DNA of 64,000 nucleotides from Dudresnaya verticillata (Eukaryota): NCBI GenBank assembly GCA_977862235.1, contig OZ374561.1, positions 62,001 to 126,000 of the forward strand, read 5' to 3'. Shown piece by piece: positions 59,384 to 64,000 of this stretch (position 1 is its first letter; each line of letters starts with the position of its first letter). The notes under the pieces were generated by a model. It saw only the letters and a program-made list of their open reading frames with translations, ran no database searches and was not told where the DNA came from. The position numbers and the translations under genes were made by a program.

Positions 59384-60565
59384 CTAAACCAGTTTTGGAA
59401 ACGTCGTGTACCCCTCGCTGGCAAGATCTCTCTCGAAACTCGAAAAGTACACCTCTCTCGGAGCCGGCTCGTTTAACTCTGCCCCGGCTGCAAAACGCTC
59501 GACCAAATCCGGATTGCTCAGGTATGCACGTCCAAAGGCAATCAAGTCTGCATTGCCTTCAGAAATCTCCTTCTCGGCAGTTTCAGCAGTATAACCAACA
59601 TTGCCCATTATGATGCCAGGATACACCTGCCTGAAATCCTGAAGTGTCATTGCTTTGCCGTGATTATGGAAACCGAAGTCCAGCCCATTCATCACATGTA
59701 GGTAACCGAGGTCAAACTCTGCTAGCCTCTTGGCATAGTACGTAAAAGATTCGCGAAAGTCAACTGACCCCATCCCATTGTACGTGCCATTGGGAGACAG
59801 CCTTACGCCGACTTGATGTGGGGCGAACACTTTCAGAACAGCTCGGAGGACGTTATTGATCAACTTGAATCGGTTTTCGAAGCTCCCGCCATATTTGTCT
59901 GTGCGCTTGTTAGAGCAGCTCTGCAGAAACCCATCCAGCAAGTACCCGTTCGCGCAATGCACTTCCACTCCATCAAATCCACCATCTTTCGCCGTCTGAG
60001 CAGCATTGCGATATTCTTCTGGTATGGCATCAACTTCTTCCGTCGAAAGTTCCCTGGGAGTTTCGATAGGAACCATTCCTGGACGAGGAGTGTATCCTTG
60101 CACTCCGCCAACTGGGGTAAACCCTCTGCTAGCAGTGTCGCTCTTCCTTTTGATTGCGGATGGAGCAACCCCCTTCTTCATTTCTCCTTCAAAACCATTC
60201 ACACCATCCCGAAAGGATGAATGACTTCCACGACCCGTGTGCCAGAGCTGGCAAAAGATCAAGCCTCCTTCCTCGTGCACTTTATCTGTGACCTTTCTCC
60301 AAGCTTCAGCATTTTCAGGTTTGAACACATCCGGAGCATGATACCAACCACGACCCAGAACAGAAACGCTGGAGCCCTCACTAATAATCAGGCCTGCTGA
60401 TGCACGTTGTTGGTAGTATTCGGCCATGAGGTCATTTGCTTTCAGCTCTTGTCCAGCCCTTCCGCGAGTGAGCGGAGCCATAACGACACGGTTGCGTAGA
60501 GGTACCGGTCCCATCTGAAGGGGTGACAGAAGGTTCTGCACTGGAGACTTTCGCTCGGACGGCAT
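59384..60565 (-). CDS. Old yellow enzyme (NemA/OPR-like FMN-dependent alkene reductase)
   Basis: NRVVMAPLTRGRA, QLWHTGR, GFDGVEVHCANGYLL, NKRTDKYGGS and FGRAYLSNPDLVER. Confidence 0.95.
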   Translation of the reverse strand: MPSERKSPVQNLLSPLQMGPVPLRNRVVMAPLTRGRAGQELKANDLMAEYYQQRASAGLIISEGSSVSVLGRGWYHAPDVFKPENAEAWRKVTDKVHEEGGLIFCQLWHTGRGSHSSFRDGVNGFEGEMKKGVAPSAIKRKSDTASRGFTPVGGVQGYTPRPGMVPIETPRELSTEEVDAIPEEYRNAAQTAKDGGFDGVEVHCANGYLLDGFLQSCSNKRTDKYGGSFENRFKLINNVLRAVLKVFAPHQVGVRLSPNGTYNGMGSVDFRESFTYYAKRLAEFDLGYLHVMNGLDFGFHNHGKAMTLQDFRQVYPGIIMGNVGYTAETAEKEISEGNADLIAFGRAYLSNPDLVERFAAGAELNEPAPREVYFSSFERDLASEGYTTFPKLV

Positions 60566-61490
60566 TGTAGCAGATTGGAAATTTGATTCAATAGGGTCTC
60601 AGTTGTGTGTAGATTTTGTTGATAGGACTTGTTGATAGGACTGTGTACAGGGAGAAGCAAACCCAAGCTGGTTTATATAGAGAACGGTTTGTTGAAATAG
60701 AAGCGCCATTGCAATGTTTGAATGTCACGCTCTTGACGGGCAGCGGTCTGGGATCATGTACATTCAGATGCTGTTCTATTAGATTTCCAACACAACTACA
60801 TGCGGAATTTTCCTCCAGACGTGCGAGTGGGCTCTTGTATCATGTTTCAGCTCATACAACTTCGATGACGAATAGTTCCTCAAGCTGCTCTAGACTGATC
60901 CTTGTGCCATCTGGAAAATGTTCTTTGGGTCAACAGCTATCAAGACTATCCAGCTCCCAATATCTAACACATAACCAATCCCAGAAGCAGAGTTAGAACA
61001 GTTCCAGACAGACACAAATGGGATTGTGTTATCCCATCGGCAATACGTTTCAACAAGAACGACAGAACGCCAGGCACTGCTCGTGATCTCTTTCAACATT
61101 CAGCTCTGTGGTATCGGTTCTTCTCCTTGCAATAGAGAAATTGTAGGTATCCGATGGCCAATCAGATATAGAAAAGTGCCCTGTGAAAAGTCGTAGCAGC
61201 TTACTGCTTCATGCAAGTCACGTTGCTGAGAAATCACATCGAGTTCTTTTCGTTGGCGCCAGAGCGCTTGCTGACCTTGTTAGACCTTGTAGTTGCATGG
61301 AAGAAATTGAAAATTCTCATCCCTTGTTCTACGGCTCAACCTTCACAATGGATGCCATATGTCTTTCGTTTCTCGCATGGAGCTCGCGGCAAATCACTGC
61401 AATGCTGACCTGTTGCAACGCATGGGAAGTCAGTTAAACCACCATTCGTGTCCCCGGTTGTAAGTTGTAAACCCGATAAGAGCATCCCCT

Positions 61491-64000
61491 TCAACTGTGC
61501 TGTTGATCCCACTTGATCTGGTACAATTCCTGACCCCTCTGGATTTCGGACAATTGTGTCACACTACGAACACTACACAAAGAGGCCATTAATTGCTTGA
61601 AGGTCCAGCTCCTGTTCATCAGGGAAAGTTTGCACCCGCGGGTTTCGTCCTGAGCCGAACTCTTTGACTCTGACGGTAGGCTGCGCACCGGCTGCCATTT
61701 GCAAAACACCTGCGAAATCTTCATTTGCCAGCTCGTCGAGGGTGTAAAGGAACTTCGTCGAAAAATGGTCAGCTGCATCTTGGCGTACATGGAGTCAGTA
61801 ATAACTACTTGAACGAAAGATGAGCTGAACCCTCTCACTATTAAGGTTGTCGACCAAGACAAGCTTCGAATTGTTGTTGCCCGTCCTTAGTTTCTCCATT
61901 AACTCATTTGAGACATCAATGTCTGTTTCTCCAGTCAGTACATTCTGGTTGTCCAAGTTTACTCCTTTCACTTCCCATCCTCTTGTCCGGGAGATGCGCT
62001 GTCGTGATGACCAGTCTCTAAAAAGCAGTCATTTGCATGTGCCACATTCTTTTAATAGCTTTTGCCATTTCGAAGAACTGTCCTATTTTTGCCCCAGCTG
62101 GTTTCATGTAAGACCCTTACTTCCGTTGTTGATAGTCTCGGCGGCTGCAAAACCCCGATCTTGGCGCAGCGAGGGACTTCATAGACCTGTTCGTACAGAA
62201 CTGCGAAGTAGAATATTGGCACTCTTCGCAGTGCTAGCTCCTCCTCCAAAGCAAGTGAAAGTCGCCGCGGGAAAAGCGAGCAATTCCCAGAGGGCATAGT
62301 GCGCTCCCTGCATTTGTAACGTGCGTATACGCCGAGTGAAGTGTGTGTATGTCATAAGATCTCCTGTGCCCTCTCCAGCTGTCGGAGTCACTAAGCTATT
62401 GCTTTTCAGCAGTTCTCGGCTTGCGCTCATTATGGCGTCTGAAAGCGAGTGGAAATGTTCCCTGTTGCAGATCGGTCTTGGTAAATCACAGAAGTCATTC
62501 CGTTTTCCTTTCTAAGGGTCGCCCTATCGGCAGTCGTGTATTCACCGAACAACAACAAATCTTCTGAACTGTCTATTCTATCCCGCTTGCATTCGACAAT
62601 ATCTTCAATCTTGAGGTCAACAATCAATGTTTTATTGAACAGGTCGAGGACCGTCCAGTCTTCAGATTCAGAGCTCGCCCAGGAAATCTTGGGCTGCAAT
62701 GAACCAAGAATTGCCCTCACGAGAACAACAGCATCCATGCCGACAACGACATCATAGCTCGAATGATTCCAAGATATTTCCGAATATTGAACACCTCGAA
62801 TGACGAACCATCTCGCCGAGTTCACGAAACGTTCGACCATATAAACATACTCTGAATGCCCCCATGAACCCGTTCCGTCTCCATAAGCTCAGGTTACGAG
62901 CTACTTCGGCAAGAACATCATCTACATTGCGCCGTGGTCCCATGATCCACCCAAACTGAGTTGCGACAGGTCCTAACCTACCATAGTTCTGGAGCCTCGA
63001 GAAGACATGTTTGCAGTTGTCATAAACGTCAACCTCCGGTGCTGTGTTGAAGCCATCCGCTTTCTATACGGTTATCATCTCTACCCAAATCCAAGGGCTC
63101 GTCCATGCATGCCCAAAACTGAAGTCCCCATCTCCGACAAACACAACACTTAGACGTGCGTAGGGGAAAAGCCCATACTCGTACCATTCGTTTCCATCGG
63201 AAAAATTCTCTCTGTGCAGATTCTGACCTATCCAAACTCTGACTTCCGTGTAGTCATCCATGTAGGGAATTGCACGGACCGCAGTCCAAATAGCCTCTGC
63301 TTGTAATTTGCTAATTGTGCCATCTTCTGTTGGCTTGGAGATATGTTTACACGAGACTGCTACATGCATGATGCAGAACATTGTTTTCCATTTCATAGCG
63401 CACAGGGGTTTGCTCACGATATTGCCGTTTTCCCACGAGCAGCAAATCGTTGAGAACCTTAGCATTATCACCCAGTTTTAGTTTCCCGCTGATGCGACAT
63501 CGTTCTGTCTGTTCTGCCCTCCCATGACAAGTCTCAAATAGTTTACTCTCTGGATTCGGTCGATGTATTAGGATTCGCAAGACACAGAGATCATATCTTG
63601 GTAGGGTGCCACCATCGTTTTCAAGAGAAACCCCTTCTGGCCATGAGCGATAGTCATGCCGTACTATGATCTCCAGAAAAAGTGCACATTTGACTTCAGC
63701 GGAAAATGTCGGCGGAACAGCCAAGGGATGTGTGTAGATTGGTGAGAGAACTTGCCTCTCGTCCGGCCTTGCCGCTAGCCATAATATTATAATTGCGGCG
63801 ACGTGTTGAAGGCAGCAGCCATTGTAGATAAACCATTTGGAAATAAAGTGAAGCGAAATGGTGAGCCCTCATATTCTGGAATCAGCTCTTGGAGCAGGTC
63901 TGAAGGGGATGCGCTTTAGAAGGTCACGTGATTCACAATCCAAAAAGTTTGTAGAACATTTTCCAATGACAATGGAGAAGTTGATGAAGCCTTTCTTTGG
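61491..64000 (-). pseudogene. Decayed gene containing a HET-domain-like region; probably extends past the window end
   Basis: Chain of minus-strand ORF fragments separated by stops and frameshifts. 63064..63471 has HVAVSCKH...VRVWIG...EWYEYGLFPYA...WTSPWIWVE, in the order of HET motifs ALSH, LWID, W...M..IY..A and W.R.W..QE. Confidence 0.5.

Noticed and set aside
40948..60565. Dus, 2OG oxygenase, VHPO and OYE as a halogenated-metabolite gene cluster
   Set aside because: The genes are interspersed with housekeeping genes (BiP, RSL1D1-like) and no scaffold synthase is present; there is no co-expression evidence.

Overview
Eukaryotic nuclear DNA, most consistent with a multicellular red alga. 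This is inferred from intron-poor genes, an MxxAF-type plastid transit peptide, a secreted vanadium haloperoxidase-like gene and chromodomain Ty3/gypsy elements. 1-9.9 kb is a nest of decayed Ty3/gypsy retrotransposons: two 5' LTRs each followed by an identical tRNA-Tyr-like PBS, a solo LTR with a 5-bp TSD, and gag/PR/IN/chromodomain relics. An intronless ORF with cholera/pertussis/pierisin-type (R-S-E) ADP-ribosyltransferase motifs follows, then an MFS transporter, PAC2 and a GT11-like GDP-sugar glycosyltransferase. 21-41 kb holds three divergent hemerythrin-like paralogs with altered metal ligands, set in long non-coding tracts rich in GC islands and TACAG/CTGTA motifs. 41-60.6 kb carries a DusB-like synthase, a 2OG-Fe(II) oxygenase, a DUF4079-like protein, a PSAS-variant VHPO, BiP, an RSL1D1/Utp30-like protein and an old yellow enzyme. 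The window ends in a decayed HET-domain-like pseudogene. All family calls come from motif recognition by eye; no database searches were run.
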